A stretch of DNA of 63,401 nucleotides, filler included, from Sphacelaria rigidula (Eukaryota), in the NCBI GenBank assembly GCA_964200075.2. It is 7 parts of 7 records of this genome, joined end to end, with 100 filler letters (N's around TTAATTAATTAA, not from the genome) between each part and the next. Parts side by side here need not be neighbours in the genome. Positions count along the whole stretch, not along the records: positions 9,074 to 18,045 come from CAXNAA020009609.1; positions 18,146 to 27,117 come from CAXNAA020009610.1; 5 more parts are not named here. One strand, written 5' to 3'. The number at the start of each line of letters is the position of its first letter. The stretch's first letter is position 1. Both the position numbers and the translations under genes were made by a program. The notes beneath the pieces were generated by a model, which saw only the letters and a program-made list of their open reading frames with translations, did no database searches and was not told where the DNA came from. Of the stretch, positions 12,467-25,280 are shown piece by piece.

Positions 12467-12751
12467 TACTTACGAAAACATATTTCCACACATTCTTCAT
12501 TTTTTACCGGCTTCCGGGGGTCTTGGCGGAAAGACCCCCGGAAGTCTAAAAACAATGCCCCAGACTAGAAAAACAAAATATGTACACGTCCTGGGCTAGT
12601 CCAAGGAAAAATCGTACAAGCTTTGTATCGTAGCTAAAAAAGCTGATGCAACAGGGTCGTTCTCATGCTAAATGTTCAGGAGAAGTCGTTTCTCTACTTG
12701 AAACAAGTAGTTGGGAATTCGTACCTTCCGAGCTAACTTAATCGCACAAAG

Positions 12752-13163
12752 GCGCAAATGTTCACGCCGATTTACACACATGTACTACAAAAAGCACTCC
12801 GTAACTTTCAAAGAACGCCGTTTTCGTTTTTGTTTCATTTTTCACCGCAATAGTGATCGGAGGTCCCAGATGGGCACGTGATCCCCAGAATTTCCTCAAA
12901 ACCCTGGGACCCCTGATCTCTGGCGACAAATAAATAAATAAAATGCACCGGTCGTCGAAAGTTTCTTACTGTAACCCTTTTGGAACCCACTGACGATTTT
13001 TGTTTTTGTAAATCGGCATCATTTTGACTTAAAAATGAGTGAAAATGATGCCAATTCACAAAAAAACAGAAATCGTCAATGGGTTCCGAAGGGGTTAATG
13101 CCTCTCAGTATGTGTGCAATTTTCCAGAGTCTAACTCCAAGAATCAGCGTGAACATTTGCACA
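12752..13163. mobile_element. Inverted-repeat-bounded element with internal ~110-bp hairpin (12981-13090)
   Basis: GCAAATGTTCACGCCGATT vs AATCAGCGTGAACATTTGC. Hairpin core AATCGGCATCATTTT..AAAATGATGCCAATT recurs at 62157-62417. Confidence 0.5.
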
Positions 13164-13184
13164 TGATCGAATCTCAGCACATAA

Positions 13185-13570
13185 GGCCGGATGTCATGGC
13201 AAACAGATTTTCGGCCCACGGATTGTTCACTTTGGTACATTTGAGCCACTTTTTGACCCCCAAACAGGGAAAATCGCCAACACACGTCTTGCGCACTTTG
13301 CATCACCCCACAGAGAGGAGCCTCGTTTGCGCAAACTGGCGGGGGTCGGCAAGCACAGATTTTTGCGCACGAACTATTGTTCAGCGGCCAACTCGAAACC
13401 TCGGAGCCAAGGGAATCTGAAAAGCAGACGAGGCCCTTCTCTGTGGGGTGATGCAAAGTATCCGAGACGTGTTTTCGCGATTTTCCCTGTTTGGGGGTCA
13501 AAAAGTGGCTCAAATGTACCAAACGTGAACAATCCGTGGGCCAAAAATCTGTTTGCCATAACACCCGGCC
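13185..13570. mobile_element. Tourist/Harbinger-like fold-back MITE
   Basis: ~145-bp TIRs starting GGCCGG. Flanks TAA / CAA. Confidence 0.85.
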
Positions 13571-14320
13571 CAAGCATGAACAAGCCGGTAGCTAGGTGCA
13601 CAAAACGGAAATACTCTTTGAGGGAAAACCCGAGAACGGAGGAAATTGAAAAAAGATAAAACAATCGGAGTAAACTGAGCAACAAGCAACGGAAAATAAA
13701 ATCTGTAATTAGTAATGATGACAAAAAAAAATAGTAGGGCGCATGGGAAAGGAAAGAAAAAAAAAAAGCAGGGGACCAAAACAATGAAAACGCCGAGATC
13801 AACTGTCCTGTAGTACCGGTCCCAATATACAGACAAAAAATAAATGAATTGACCATCCCCTGGCAGTCAAGGAGACAAGATACCTAAGACACGCACGCTT
13901 TGTACACATACCTGCACAGGGATCCCCCGGTGTCTTCCGTGATACGTTCGAACGCATCATCCTTGTGTAGCAGCACCAGCAAGTATCTCTCAAGGTGCTT
14001 CCTGTGAAGAAAAAAAAACGCGAAAGTGTGTTTTTTACGTAGATGAGGGCGAATATATCGTGTGTGCGTGTTATTAATATAATAGTGTGTGGGGGGGTGT
14101 TTTCTTGCATGTAGATGAGAGGGAGAATGCCGAGTCATTTGTATACGAGGTTGTGGGATGGAGTTTCCGAACGAAACGCACGGTCAGACAGCAGATGAAG
14201 AGCATATCCCCACGTGGATACCAGCATACCCCCCTTTGTTGGAGATGGAAGAACCCAACTGCCGCGCACCCAAACGTGCAAAGATGCGGTACATCACCTG
14301 ACAAACTCGGGCCAATCTTC

Positions 14321-14561
14321 CACGGTTCTGACGAATTATCGCCGGTTCGAATCACCAAATCCACGATTTCTTGGGCCTGATTGGTCGCAAAAGACAAAAA
14401 AAAGGTCTCCGCGCAACTTTTGCGCCATTCCACGTGCCTGGGCTGCGCGTACCTGGGTTGCAACGCTGAAAACAAAGCCTAAGGATTGACCCGTACGGTA
14501 CGAATCAATTAGACTAAAATCAAGTGATTTTCGGACGAATCATTACTTCGTCCAACCCTTG
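14321..14561 (+). mobile_element. ~250-bp hAT-type MITE, copy A
   Basis: Perfect 8-bp TSD CAATCTTC (14313-14320 / 14562-14569). Imperfect 15-bp TIR. Confidence 0.88.
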
Positions 14562-15296
14562 CAATCTTCCGTCGCATCAGATGAACGCATGCAAGGCAGG
14601 TAGGAAATCAGAAGACTGTGGTTATCTCGCGTGCGGAGAGATAGAGAGACAGCCACACACAGACAACAGTATTTTGATTTGATTGATCCATTGGTTGTCG
14701 CAAATTAACTGGTCCCCGAGTGAGCTATTCATGTATTTAGCACTGGTCATTATCCACAAGATAGACGTACCCAGGATATAAAACAAAACGGAGACACTCT
14801 AGAAAGAAAAGTGAGGGAAACAGAAACGTGAAACAGACAAGAGTAGAGTGGAGGAGAAGAAGAAAAAAGGTATAATTGTATAGTAAAAGACAAGAGAAGA
14901 AAAAAGATAAGAATGACTAGCCTCCGCAACACGGCTTCAGGCGAGGGGCCCCATATCGGGAAATCCATGCACCACCCCCTCTTTCGCCGCACAAACCTTA
15001 TTCTGGGGTTGGATGGCGGGGGGGGGGGGTACCCAATTTCACAGAGGGGGTACCCCCCCCCCCTGATCGCTGGATGATGGCAATAGTAGTTACTGTACTG
15101 CTCAGCACGTGTTTGCCGGTCAATTCGGCCTGCGCCCTGCGTTGGGTGTACCGAAAGTAGGTGGTAGGGGTAAGTCGAAGCGAGTAGAGAAGAAGATGTC
15201 CGCAGAAGCAGGGTGTAAAGATCAAAGCGCTGAGGGTGCGGGCGCTGGAAATGTGCCGCAGATTTCAGGAGTCTTGCCTGGGGTGAACGTAACTTG

Positions 15297-15505
15297 GGTG
15301 CTTGCCTTTACTTTTCTCGCGAGAGGGGTACAGCAGTCCCTTTCCCTCGTCGACCTTGAAGTCAAATTTTGTGTACCCACGACATGGTCGCTCTCCACTG
15401 TGGGCATGGTGTGAGAAAAAAATCCAAGATCCCTCCGGGATGTGAACCCACGACCCAGCCGTCAGGAGGTTTCGAGTCTACCAATTGAGCCACCGGGGAG
15501 ACCGG
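15297..15505 (-). mobile_element. tRNA-derived SINE family 1 (partial)
   Basis: A-box TGGCTCAATTGG and B-box-like GGTTCACATCC. Body CAGTGGAGAGCGACCAYGTCGTGGGTAC shared with the copy at 29490. Confidence 0.8.
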
Positions 15506-15886
15506 CTTTGTTGGATACTCTCTTTCGCAATACCACGTCCATAACATTCCCCTTTACAACCCCTCCCTCTCTTGTGTCGCAGTGCAGTACGAACTGTAAT
15601 ATGTAGATACGTGTACGCGTGGTATAAACACGGCTGTCTGCCCAAACGCGGGCAAAGTACGTGATTACCTGCAACTCACACATTGTGCACGTTTATAATA
15701 TCAAAACATTTTCGTGTCTGCTGGTAACACCGCACAGTCAACTTACTGCATGCACATTTTAGTCATTCAGTACCAGTATAGGACTGTTCGTCCTACACCG
15801 CCCTCCCTAGCATGGCGCCCGTGTCACTACGACAGTGCCAGGTCGGTAACAAACGGTCTTGCAAAAGCCAGCGAGAATCAATATTC

Positions 15887-16143
15887 CACGGTTAGGACGA
15901 ATCATCACGACTACGAATCACCAAATCCACGAGTTCTTCGGCCTGATTGCCCAAAGGGGGCGGGGGAAGTTGACCGCTGGTCCAAGGGGTATCCAGGCAA
16001 CTGTTGTGCCATTCCACGTGTCTGGGCTGCGTGTATCTGGGTCGCAACGCTGAAAACAAGCCTAGGGATTGATTCGTGATGATTGGAATCACAATACTAG
16101 AACCAAGTAATTTACAGACGAATCATGATTTGTCCGACCCTTG
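15887..16143 (+). mobile_element. ~250-bp hAT-type MITE, copy B (further copies at 27524-27778 and ~33402-33670, minus strand)
   Basis: Perfect 8-bp TSD CAATATTC. Colinear with 14321-14561. Confidence 0.88.
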
Positions 16144-17292
16144 CAATATTCATCATCCAGTGATCGCCGCGACTCAAACGTCATTTTCCAGCCGGCAAAT
16201 TTGTTCCCCGATCGTCACAAGAACAACTGATACACCAAAATTCCTCGGTTTTGGGCTGCTCACGTTGATGCGAACCCGGAGATATCTAAATAATTGTTCA
16301 ATTCTGTATACTAGTGGAGAAATAGGAAGAGTGAGGTTTTTCCCACATTTATTTGGCATTTTCCTCATTCTCGACCGCGGGTAGGGGGAGGAGGGGGTAG
16401 CGGTGTTGCATGGATTTCCCGATGTGGAGCCCCTCGCTTCAGGTGAAAAAGGGTATTTTGCAAAAGCACATGCACATGCTCTCGTACCCAAAACGAAAAC
16501 AAAAGCAGCTGTGGCAACACATTATGGCTCATCAATTTCGGCTACACTATTTGAAAGATGAGCTCCCACCCATGAACTCCACGGAGCGAGGCACCACATT
16601 GCGACTTGCATACGCCGGGAGAAAAGAAACACACGGAGAAAGAGATGGGGAGAGAAAGAGATAACAGAGAATGCACTAGGATATTGGGGTTTCAGAACAA
16701 CGTATGGGCTGCGAGCCCAGAATTCCAGTCGTCCCTCCTCTCCTTTCACACACACACGCACACGAGTGACCACAGGCTTCTGATTGCTTATGTGAATGCA
16801 TGCGCTCAATCTGATGTGACAGAAAATTGACGAGAACCTGTACGATGATCTACTGCATCTATACGCATTTTGACCGCACTATGTGAGGACCTCCAAACTG
16901 TTATATACTGGTACAAGAGTGCAATTACTTTATTTTGATGTAGCGGGTCGGATTTGTGACAAGCGAGTTGACCCCACTGTGGAGGGATCCCGCACTGTAG
17001 GGGGACCACCGCTGTAAATTCGCCGAAAACAATGCAATCGAGCATCTCACAGGGTACTGTAGCCATAGTCACAACCGTCACCACTCCCATGCCTGCGTAT
17101 CTGTTCAACATTTAGCCAATAAAGAACGAAGGAAAACGGACACACACGCGCGCGATAGTACACCACACCAAACCGCAACCGAAAAAGTGTTGGAAAACAG
17201 AACAGAACAGAACAGACCGCCAGGGACCGAAAATGCAAGAAAACAAAAGAGCATCAACATGAGGTCACTCCTTATGTCAGGAAAAAATACAA

Positions 17293-17754
17293 GTCTGAAA
17301 AAAAAGTGCCTTTTTGGAGCTTTCGAGTCGTTTTACGCCCCCAAAGAGAGCTAGGCGGATTTGGACACCTCGGGATGCCTTGCTGTATTCGTTGAGACGG
17401 TTCCGGCAAACCTGTGCGTATTTCCGATGGCCGCAGTTTTTTTCTTGCCCAATTTTGCACTTTTTGGAGACCGGTCATGTTTTTCGGAGACCGGTCATGT
17501 TTCTCGGAGACCGGTCAAAATCAGAAAAATTCACTCAAGGAGATTTCTCTGAACTTGATCGGTTTCCGAGAAAAACGACCGGTCGCCGAGAAAATTGCAA
17601 GTTTGGGCAAGAAAAAAACTGCGGCCATCGGAAATACGCACAAATGTGCCGGAACCGTCTCAACGAGTACAGCCAGGCATTCCATGGTGTCAAAATCCGT
17701 CTAGCTCTTTTTTGGGCGTAAAACGTAGAAGCTCCAAAAAGGCGCTTTTCGGAC
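17293..17754. mobile_element. ~460-bp fold-back element (almost entirely inverted repeat)
   Basis: Arms of about 220 bp pair throughout, centre near 17530. Left arm has three tandem GGAGACCGGTCA units. Confidence 0.85.
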
Positions 17755-19297
17755 ACCCCGCTACACTCGAGCCGTAACAAGAAACGCTATGGCCCTCCAG
17801 CCTACGATCGCACGAGCGCCCGCTCGCGGTCACCGGCATCTCGACATTCAGAGGCCCGGATTCCATAGAAGGCTACGCTCCGCTTGTTCTTGGCGACCGC
17901 ACCCTACGCTACAGCAACTACCGCTACTCGTTCTGTCTAGTCGCGTCTCGTTTTTTTTTTTTTCTCGTTTTTTCTTCTTTACACTTTTCCAGATTTTTAT
18001 TCTTGTCTGCCTTAAGGAGCAGCCTAGGGGGGGAGGGGGTCGGAANNNNNNNNNNNNNNNNNNNNNNNNNNNNNNNNNNNNNNNNNNNNTTAATTAATTA
18101 ANNNNNNNNNNNNNNNNNNNNNNNNNNNNNNNNNNNNNNNNNNNNTGGAACCTAGATCTGCGTGCATATTCCGAAACGCGGCGGGTCTGGAAGTGGTCGT
18201 TAGTCCAAGCAGGTCCAAGGACTGTGTAATGCTGCAGACAAGAGACAACAAGACAACGCAACACCTACACAGCCAGCCCCCAAAAAACATGCACAGACAC
18301 CCATCACTCAGGCGCGTTAGTTTCACTGCTAGCCCTTGCTAGTCTTTCCACGACAGCCTTTGTTTGACAGAAATCCGTTCTGTCTTGGACGAATGGTGGC
18401 CTCATGCATGTCAAAAACAACCGAAAACGTGTCATTGCATCAACACCTGCGCAAACCACAAATTTTCGAGAAATATCTGTCAACTACCAAGTGGTGAAGT
18501 CACCGCGATTTTGAGTATGAAAGTAGGTAGGCAGCGGCAACTGCTGTGTGTTCAGGTGCCCCTTGGAGCAGGATGCGTTAGGTGTCCGTTTGACGAAGTT
18601 ATTCCCAAAAAGCGAAATCGGAAAGGGTTTTAGACTGGAAAAATCTAGCAAAAAACTATCGCAACAATGCGATCGCAACAATCAGGACGCAAGAATCCTG
18701 ACGCAAACAGTTAGTCGGAGTTTTACCCGCAGCAGAAACCAACTTCACTTTGTTAAATTGAAAAACGAAGTAGATACTCGAGGTCAAACTTACGTCCATT
18801 ATTTGGGAGCGGCATCGTATTGATTTTGCTGATCGATTCATTGATTGTCTCATGCGTGCGGAGGTGAAAATACAAGGCTCCGCTGTTGCTACATTTTTAT
18901 CGTCCTGTCTGCCGTAGTTGTGGCTTACCAGTAATTGTCCCCACAAATAATCACGGAGACATCCGGATAAGCGCTGGGGATAAACGTAGCCAGTTTCAGG
19001 TGTAACTGCTGTAGCGTACACCTGCTGCAGGATATGCATTTCCCGCAGGCATTCCGAATCTCGATCAATCACTCGCCTGTATTCATGAAGGCGGTGTGTC
19101 GGGTATCCATATCTGCGCCTGAAGGGGCCCCCAAAATGATGTGACAGTCCTGAACGTGACGGTTTCCCTCTAGATAATTATGTGACATGATAGGTGGCAG
19201 CAATCGCTGCCGGGACCCGTTGACCGATGTACACAGAAAATTCACAAAGCAGAACATCGGCTCCCTACTAAAGGTTGCTGCTTTGTCGCTTCCCGCA

Positions 19298-20160
19298 CTA
19301 CTCCTGTACTCCTTCTGCTATAGCAGTCAAAATGGCCACTTTCTCTGCGGCTCTTACCCTTACGCACATGCGTTCCCATTCCACGCGGGCGTCCTCGTGT
19401 TTACTCCCCTCTCCTTCCCCGTCGCAACCGCCAACTCTCCGCTCCCTCTTCGAATCACCCACATTCTTACTACCAGGACGTGGTAAACCTCTCAAAATAT
19501 CCAAATCTTCATCGAGGGTCGTGGGATATCGCCGCATTGTCCTCTGCAGAAGCGATGTTTGACAACATGAATCTCTGGAGATTGCATCTCCTGGAGACGA
19601 ACACGACCTGCGGTCCCCGTCCCAACCGTCGCCTGGGTGTGAACGTTCGTCGGCGAGAATGCGATCGACCATTGTCAGATCCACCACTAGCTCAAAATCT
19701 CCAACCACCCGCTTCATGAAGTCATTGCCTCCTGCTTTCTCGCTTTCCACCCGTTCGCTTTCTACTGTTCCCTGCCGTTCGATGGGTTCAACGTCCATTG
19801 TCACGTCGGTATGCGCGCCTGTCCGCGTCCCAGCGCTTGCACAGCCCCCTGCCCCGTCAACTTTCACTGACCCCGGCGAAGCATCCGTGTGAGCCCTCGA
19901 CGATAGCTGCGGCTCTGCAGTAACCGCCGAGTTATCCTGCAGCCGATGAGACGGTAGAGGAAGCTTCGACTTCGTTTCCGATGCTGGTGCTGCTGCTGCG
20001 ACGCGAAGAATGTCCGTGGCGGCGGTAACAGCTAGACGACCATTTCTCGTCGTGAGGAAATTTGACGAGCCGGTAGTGGCAGTATCAATGAAACCGTAGG
20101 TTCTGGCGAAGCGGTACATTCCCTTCTTGCTAGATCCGTAGTCAATTAGCAACTCGTCCC
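19298..20160 (-). CDS. SET-domain protein lysine methyltransferase (Rubisco LSMT/SETD3-like), last exon
   Basis: GDELLIDYG..YRFARTYGF (post-NH SET motif) and RYPTTLDEDLDIL..RVRAAEKVAIL (Rubisco-LSMT substrate-binding-type helix). Acceptor TGTGCAG, phase 1, TAG stop. Confidence 0.85.
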
Positions 20161-20823
20161 CTGCACATCCGCCCCCAGTACAACACAGGTGATACGCATA
20201 CACGACAAAAACGTTGTAGCAGGTGTACGGTAGGTAGGTATGCGGGTTGATTCGTCGAGATACGTCCATGTGACCCGTACAATCCCCACGTTGATGGACT
20301 CAGATCTGAACCTCATCCGAATTGGGTAAGATATCATAAACGAAGTCATCCTGCTTAACATCAATCATCCCTCCTCGCTCCCCCTTTTCTTTTGCATGTC
20401 ACTTGTGTCTACTGCACAGGAGTACTTACACCCTGTGACCCTCGGACTGAACAACTGGACGTTTTTTCTTCAGGTTACCTCAAGTCCCTCCCCTCCCTCG
20501 AGGCGAGTCCGTTGTCTCATGGGATCAACCCGTCTTTCTCCCAGTGCATGCTTGGCATTTTGGAATCGCGGACTGAATCAGCACTGATGAACATTCCACT
20601 GTCATCAAAATAACTTCGCTTCTCACACTATCACGTTTTCAACGACATATATCAGATACTTTCGAGCGAGGAAACGCTCAGTACGACACCTGCTGAGATT
20701 CGAAACTCTCCTACTCCGCCCTCATTTGCTTCAAATATGTGACAATTTGAACACCCGGGCGCGAGTGGCCTCCAGCGTTCATGGGAAACAAAGCACGATC
20801 ATGCAGCAAAACGCCCATCGTAC

Positions 20824-21051
20824 CTGGGTGAACGTCCTTCACAGCCCGCAAAAAGTGACACCCTGATTGAGTATCGAAGCCTCTTTCACAAGAGGCGTTG
20901 TGTCCCCCTCCATGGTTGGCAAAATCTAGGTAGGGCACGAGTCCCGTCCCCCCGGCGGCATCTGCCGAAACTCCCCTTGACAGGATAACGCCGAGAGCCC
21001 ACAAAAAATCTCTTCGTGACGTGGCGATCGGTGTCCCGTGCATCTCGGTGC
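20824..21051 (-). CDS. Same SET-domain gene, penultimate exon
   Basis: FLWALGVILSR..LVPYLDFANH..LRAVKDVHPG. AG/GT boundaries. Joins in frame to 20160 across a 663-bp intron. Confidence 0.88.
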
Positions 21052-21991
21052 CTGCGCGTGTTCGGCACATTATTATATTCGGGCGGGGGGAAATGTGAGA
21101 ATTTGACGTACAACAAATGGATTTGGCAGTCTCGAATGCCACCATTGGAATGAACGTGAATTAGACCGTAGGGGTTTCGAAAACTACTGTTGGGGACACA
21201 TGATGGTCTCATGTACAACTCAGGGCTGCATTGTGCTCGCTCGTGCACTCCGTCGCACTTTCTGATTGGGATACGCGTGGGTTCTTGATTCACTGCCATA
21301 GTTTACAGCCAACGTGGAAGCGCAGACCGCTCCCCGAATATGTAGCATCTATGCTCCATTAGATATGATTAGACAAACAAATGCACTGGATAAGTTCAGA
21401 TCGCGGTCAAGAAAGGTACAATTTTGGGCGCTTTCCTCGGATGTACTTTTGAGGCACAGCCCTCATGTGTCATCACATCGCGGCTGCGTTGCACAGAAGA
21501 ACTGATAATATAATATGGCTGAAACTAGATATCAGTCTCCCCTTCTGCGTGAGTTTGTGGTGAGAGAATACATGGAGGCAAACGCATCATGTCAGGGGGG
21601 GCATCGTTGTGGAAAAAGGCCCACGATGCTAAGCGTCAAAGCTACCACAACGTTGCGGGGTGGCCAAGCGAACGATGGATCCACCACGGTAGTCTGAGAC
21701 CTCAGCTATATGAGACAACTCGTGGGATTTGGTTAGCATGTTCTCACGGGGTTCAGGTTCCGAAGGTGAGAATAGGGCATCTGGCCGACCAAGCCAGCGA
21801 TTCGTTGTTTTGACCATGATCTGTGATGTACGGTACGCTACTGTCGTACACTGAACTTGCTGAACATGCGGTGCAGTGCAGAAAACAATTCAGTAGTAGA
21901 AACTGCACTACAGGTCAGAGCGCAGCATGAAGAATAGCATGGTACTGTACTGCATCTGTACAAAGTACCGCCGAATCGCCGTTAGGGTTAC

Positions 21992-22099
21992 CTTCTCGTG
22001 TGTACCGAATGTGCTGTCCGGCGTGAGGCCACTGCCACTGATCGACACGCTTGACGACGCACGGCTGCACACATTTGTGCCGTGATATGACACTGACGC
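21992..22099 (-). CDS. Candidate upstream exon (108 bp) of uncertain frame
   Basis: CAGCAG acceptor and AAG|GTAACC donor. Open in all three frames. No SET motif recognised. Confidence 0.3.
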
Positions 22100-25000
22100 C
22101 TGCTGTACGGACAGATGTATGGCGTGTTTCTGACGGGACTGCGCAGATCACGGTCCTGCTCACTCCACTGTCCTGATCAGTAAGTACATTGTATTTGTAA
22201 CGGCTGGCGTACGGTAATATCCTGCACCGCAAAAGATTATGAAATATCCCCGACCCAGCACTTACCTTTTACATCAAATGTACAGGCTGAACATTCATAC
22301 TCCTAAGCTCTTAACGCAAACCCTACCCACAATTTTCAACTACAAGTTTCCTGCGGCCAAAGCGTGAGGGTAGGGTGACCAGCTGCCAACGGCGGACTGC
22401 TAGTGTGCTTCCTTATCATCGACCGGCGAACGCCGGCAACGAATAGAGCATATTTCTCCCGTGGGGTGGTGAGCGGAGCGTGATCAAAGTGATAACGTCT
22501 TTGCAACAATGAAAAGGAACGAAGTACTTTTCTCGCACCAACTACAATGGTGGTGGTGAAAACCTCTTTCCATCTTGTATGGCCCAAGTCTGAACTCGAG
22601 CATTCGTTTTGCATTCCCTCGTATATCCCCGTATCCGCATTTTCTCGAGACATTCAGAAACGAATGCTGACCTTATCGTTTCAACGATCCCTCACTTCGC
22701 ATGCTTTTTTGCAATGTTTTCGTGACCGCCAAAACACAGAGCACATCGGAACAAATGTACAACAGGCCCAACCATGACCTGTTACCAGCGCTGGGTCCAC
22801 AGGAATGCCCCAAAACAGCAAGAAGAGTGGCATTCAACACCACTTCCTACAGTGGGAGCTCGCTGTTGTATCCACAGTAAAAAATATGCCTCTTGCGACC
22901 GTTCTTCAAAAATTTCGAAAAAATGCGGTCGAGCGGACCATGTCAGCCGTGAAATTCTACGGTCCAAGACAGCACTAAAGGTGCATGCATTCTGGAATTT
23001 TTGCGGTGCACACAGTTTGGCGTCAGACCGGGAAAGGAAAAGGGCGACCATTTTGGCGTTACTGATCGATATTTTAAGCCCGGTGGCCGTCGGAGACCCT
23101 GGAAAATAGATTTTATTGTCGAAAAATGTACTACGCACAGTGTAGAATCTTTTGTCTGTTGCCATAGACGCAATAGTGGATACTGTACTCAGCACACTTT
23201 TTGACTGTGTATTCTTCTGTCCAGGGTATGTTCTTCTCGACCCGAAGTCAAAGATTTGTACACCACAAACCGCCGGAGTGTGCTGGAAGCCGTATCGACC
23301 AAAGAGCCCGTCGTTGCGAGGTGGCACAGTCGACGTGGTGAGCTTTTGCAGAGAAAACAGTATCTTGCGTACCAGTAGGCACTTTCGAGACCAAAGAAAA
23401 TTCCCCTCCAATTGAAGTGTCATTTTCCCAACAAAATCACGTTCATCTGTGCCGTTAGTACTCCAGGCGGAACTGAACCCGGCTACGCAAGCTGGTGGTT
23501 CAAATGGTTGGAACTCATGACCCCGTGTACGGCTGGCGTCGAACGCATGACTCGTCGACGTGCCCATAAACACTCACACCAAGGTTGAATAAACACTCGG
23601 ACACGGATGTGGGGTAACCGAACCTGAGAGAAAATTGCACCCGGTCCCCAATTTCATACTCTACGAGAAAGTCTGGAAACATCTGACCGAAAGAACCATG
23701 AAACACACCTGTCTTCTTGAAAGCCGGGGATATCTGGATCTCATCTCCTGTTCCGAAAACGCCTCGGAGTAGAGCACTATACATTTGCACGGAGGCCTCA
23801 ATCGAAGCTCGCAGTGGACTAGCCTGTAGATGACCGGAGGATATACAACATTGGATGAGCACAAAACAAAGATGATGAGCGACTCTGCTCGAAAAAATAC
23901 TCACCATGGTCCGTCGCAGAGAAGGACGTGCAAATAAGTTGTAAAACATGTGCATCACCATGGCTGCTCCCGTTAATTGCGACAGGTACCAAGAAAATGT
24001 CGACAGGTACCAAGAAAATGTCATCCACGTGGCTTCCATCTAAATGCGTTTCAAAGTATGTTGAAACTAATCCCCGTCGATTCGCCTCGCAACTGTCCTT
24101 GCGTGTTTTTTAAGTTTGCCACCCCAGAAGTGGATGGACAAAAGGTGCTGTCATGACCGCAGTCTTTTTGTTCAGAAGTAGTTGTGAACCCCTCCTCTTC
24201 CTCTACACAAGTCCTCTCAGGGGAGTACCCCGTCTATCCCCCGGTACAGTACCCGCCCGATACAGTACCCGCCCGATACATTGGTATCATTGATTGGATT
24301 GTACACCCGCACAACGTCGATTCTTGACAAAAAAAACAAAAACAATCATACCCATCTCCTCGCGCTTCCAATGGCGGAAGTGATGAATTCCTTAAAACTA
24401 AAAATCATTTGTCGGGATGCGAACCCTTCACGTTCTCCGGAGAGCGCCTCCACTCGTGCCCGTGAGACAACCGGGACGAGGCATCTGTGGACAAGTACTC
24501 ATTAAGTCGACACTCGCGAAGTCGAATTCGCGACGTGCGTGTCGTCTACGCGCTCCAGCCGCCAGCAACGCCCTTAACGGACCACTCGATGCGGCACTTA
24601 CCGCCATCTCGACACGCGGCAGTAACGGCTGAGGCTCGGAGAGTGGAGGGCTGCAGTCGTAGTGCTCCGAACTCTTCAAACAATCCCGTCCCTCGGTATT
24701 CACGGAAATGTTGTCGTAAATGATGCAAATACTCCAGTGGGCGAATTCGTGCCAAAGTTACGCTAACGTAAGGTTTGTCAATGCATGGAAGGGCCTAACT
24801 CTAGGTAGCAACCGAAGGCTAGCCTAAAACGATCATGTCGGAGACTGTCTCAAGGAGAGGGCTAGGGGTAGTACTATCACACCTGCAACATGTCCAAATC
24901 TTGAGGTTCCACGAGCAATGGGTGCGGGAAGGCGTTCTTGGACCACGATGCCTCCCACAACATACCCAGATAGGGGTGACGCATGTTGCTGTGAGAAGAA

Positions 25001-25205
25001 AAAAAAAGAGAAAGGAAGAGCATCGCAGTATCAAAACACAATGAACCGATATGATGAAGTAGTTGTGTTCATAATGCGGGTGGAATGTGCTACTAGTAGG
25101 GAATAATCGAACTTCAACACCAGGTGAGCGTGGTGCTGTGAAACCGTACAGATAGGACAGACGTTGCCTGTTTCCGGACGTTCAGCATCGGTCGTTACAG
25201 GGGTG

Positions 25206-25280
25206 CATGTATGTAAGCATGCGACTATGGGATGTATGTAAGCACGCGACTATGGCATGTATGTAAGCACGCGACTATGG
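25206..25280 (+). repeat. 3 x 25-bp tandem repeat
   Basis: CATGTATGTAAGCACGCGACTATGG x3, no spacers. Confidence 0.95.

Noticed and set aside
20474-20585. Plus-strand exon-like GYLKSLPSLE after a TTTTCTTCAG acceptor
   Set aside because: It is the reverse complement of the SINE family 2 tail, inside the SET gene intron.
22782-24039. 263-aa and 174-aa minus-strand ORFs
   Set aside because: No recognisable motifs, no convincing splice frame with the SET gene, and composition typical of chance ORFs in repeat interiors.
25206-25280. CRISPR-like array (also 57289-57521)
   Set aside because: The first has no spacers. The second has low-complexity, unequal spacers. The context is eukaryotic and there are no cas genes.
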